From: Verrucomicrobiales bacterium
GTDB taxonomy: Bacteria > Verrucomicrobiota > Verrucomicrobiia > Verrucomicrobiales > SLCJ01
Length of the DNA stretch: 51,362 bases
Direction of reading: 5' to 3'
Assembly (NCBI GenBank): GCA_046075565.1
Contig: JBJTQJ010000050.1
Coordinates: 1 to 51,362, forward strand
A program made the translations under genes and the position numbers. The notes beneath the pieces were generated by a model. The model was given only the letters and a program-made list of their open reading frames with translations, was not told where the DNA came from and did not search any database. Positions 51,119 to 51,362 of the stretch are shown one piece after another. Position 1 is the first letter of the stretch, and every line of letters starts with the position of its first letter.

Positions 51119-51362
51119 TGAGGCGGACCCCGAAAATCGGGCCAGTGGCTAAGCTATGATTATGGTGGTCGGGTGCGGGTAACAGCCCTAACCTAAACGA
51201 CACCAAAATGAAAGCAAAAGGAAGAAGACACGACCCTGAATTCAAGGCCCGGGTAGCGCTCGAAGCGCTCAAGGGCATCAAGACCATCCAGCAAATCGCC
51301 AAGGATTTTGACGTCCACCCGGTGCAAGTTTCCGATTGGAAGAAGGCCATGCTGGAAGGTGC
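51119..51362 (+). mobile_element. IS3-family insertion sequence, left end (cut by the window edge)
   Basis: Terminal TG of an IR-like sequence TGAGGCGGACCCCGAAAATCGGGCCAG, followed by OrfA. Confidence 0.8.
51208..51362 (+). CDS. IS3-family transposase OrfA (HTH), partial
   Basis: MKAKGRRHDPEFKARVALEALKGIKTIQQIAKDFDVHPVQVSDWKK. Confidence 0.88.
   Translation, partial: MKAKGRRHDPEFKARVALEALKGIKTIQQIAKDFDVHPVQVSDWKKAMLEG

Overview
GC-rich bacterial chromosomal segment. Gene content (multiple sulfatases, bactofilin, SHD1-like protein, XylR regulator, ChdC, Ser/Thr kinase) suggests Verrucomicrobiota/PVC; this is an inference. It is bounded by an IS110 transposase 3' remnant on the left and the start of an IS3-family element on the right. 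Housekeeping blocks: gyrB, tRNA-Ala(CGC), tRNA-Val(CAC), chdC-plsC-thiG-rodA, fdx-dciA-HAD/NUDIX-folB-ECF sigma/anti-sigma, rplI, rluD-like, rpmI-rplT. Accessory DNA: a RAYT-like Y1 transposase between two gene remnants, three sulfatases, a XylR-associated glycan utilisation cluster (GH9-like unknown, SSS transporter, FAD oxidoreductase, sialate O-acetylesterase, GH95), glycosyltransferases, chrA and an RHH-PIN toxin-antitoxin pair. Leading candidates for new biology: (1) a HAD-NUDIX fusion directly upstream of folB, which could carry out both dephosphorylation steps of pterin synthesis; (2) an operon of membrane Ser/Thr kinase, zinc-domain-less ClpX paralog and a degenerate membrane cyclase-like protein; (3) a structured RNA between rpmI and rplT in an apparently leaderless operon (candidate L20 leader); (4) REPIN-like repeats; (5) many apparently leaderless promoters. 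Several deletion or nonsense scars are also present. All calls come from reading motifs by eye, with no database searches.
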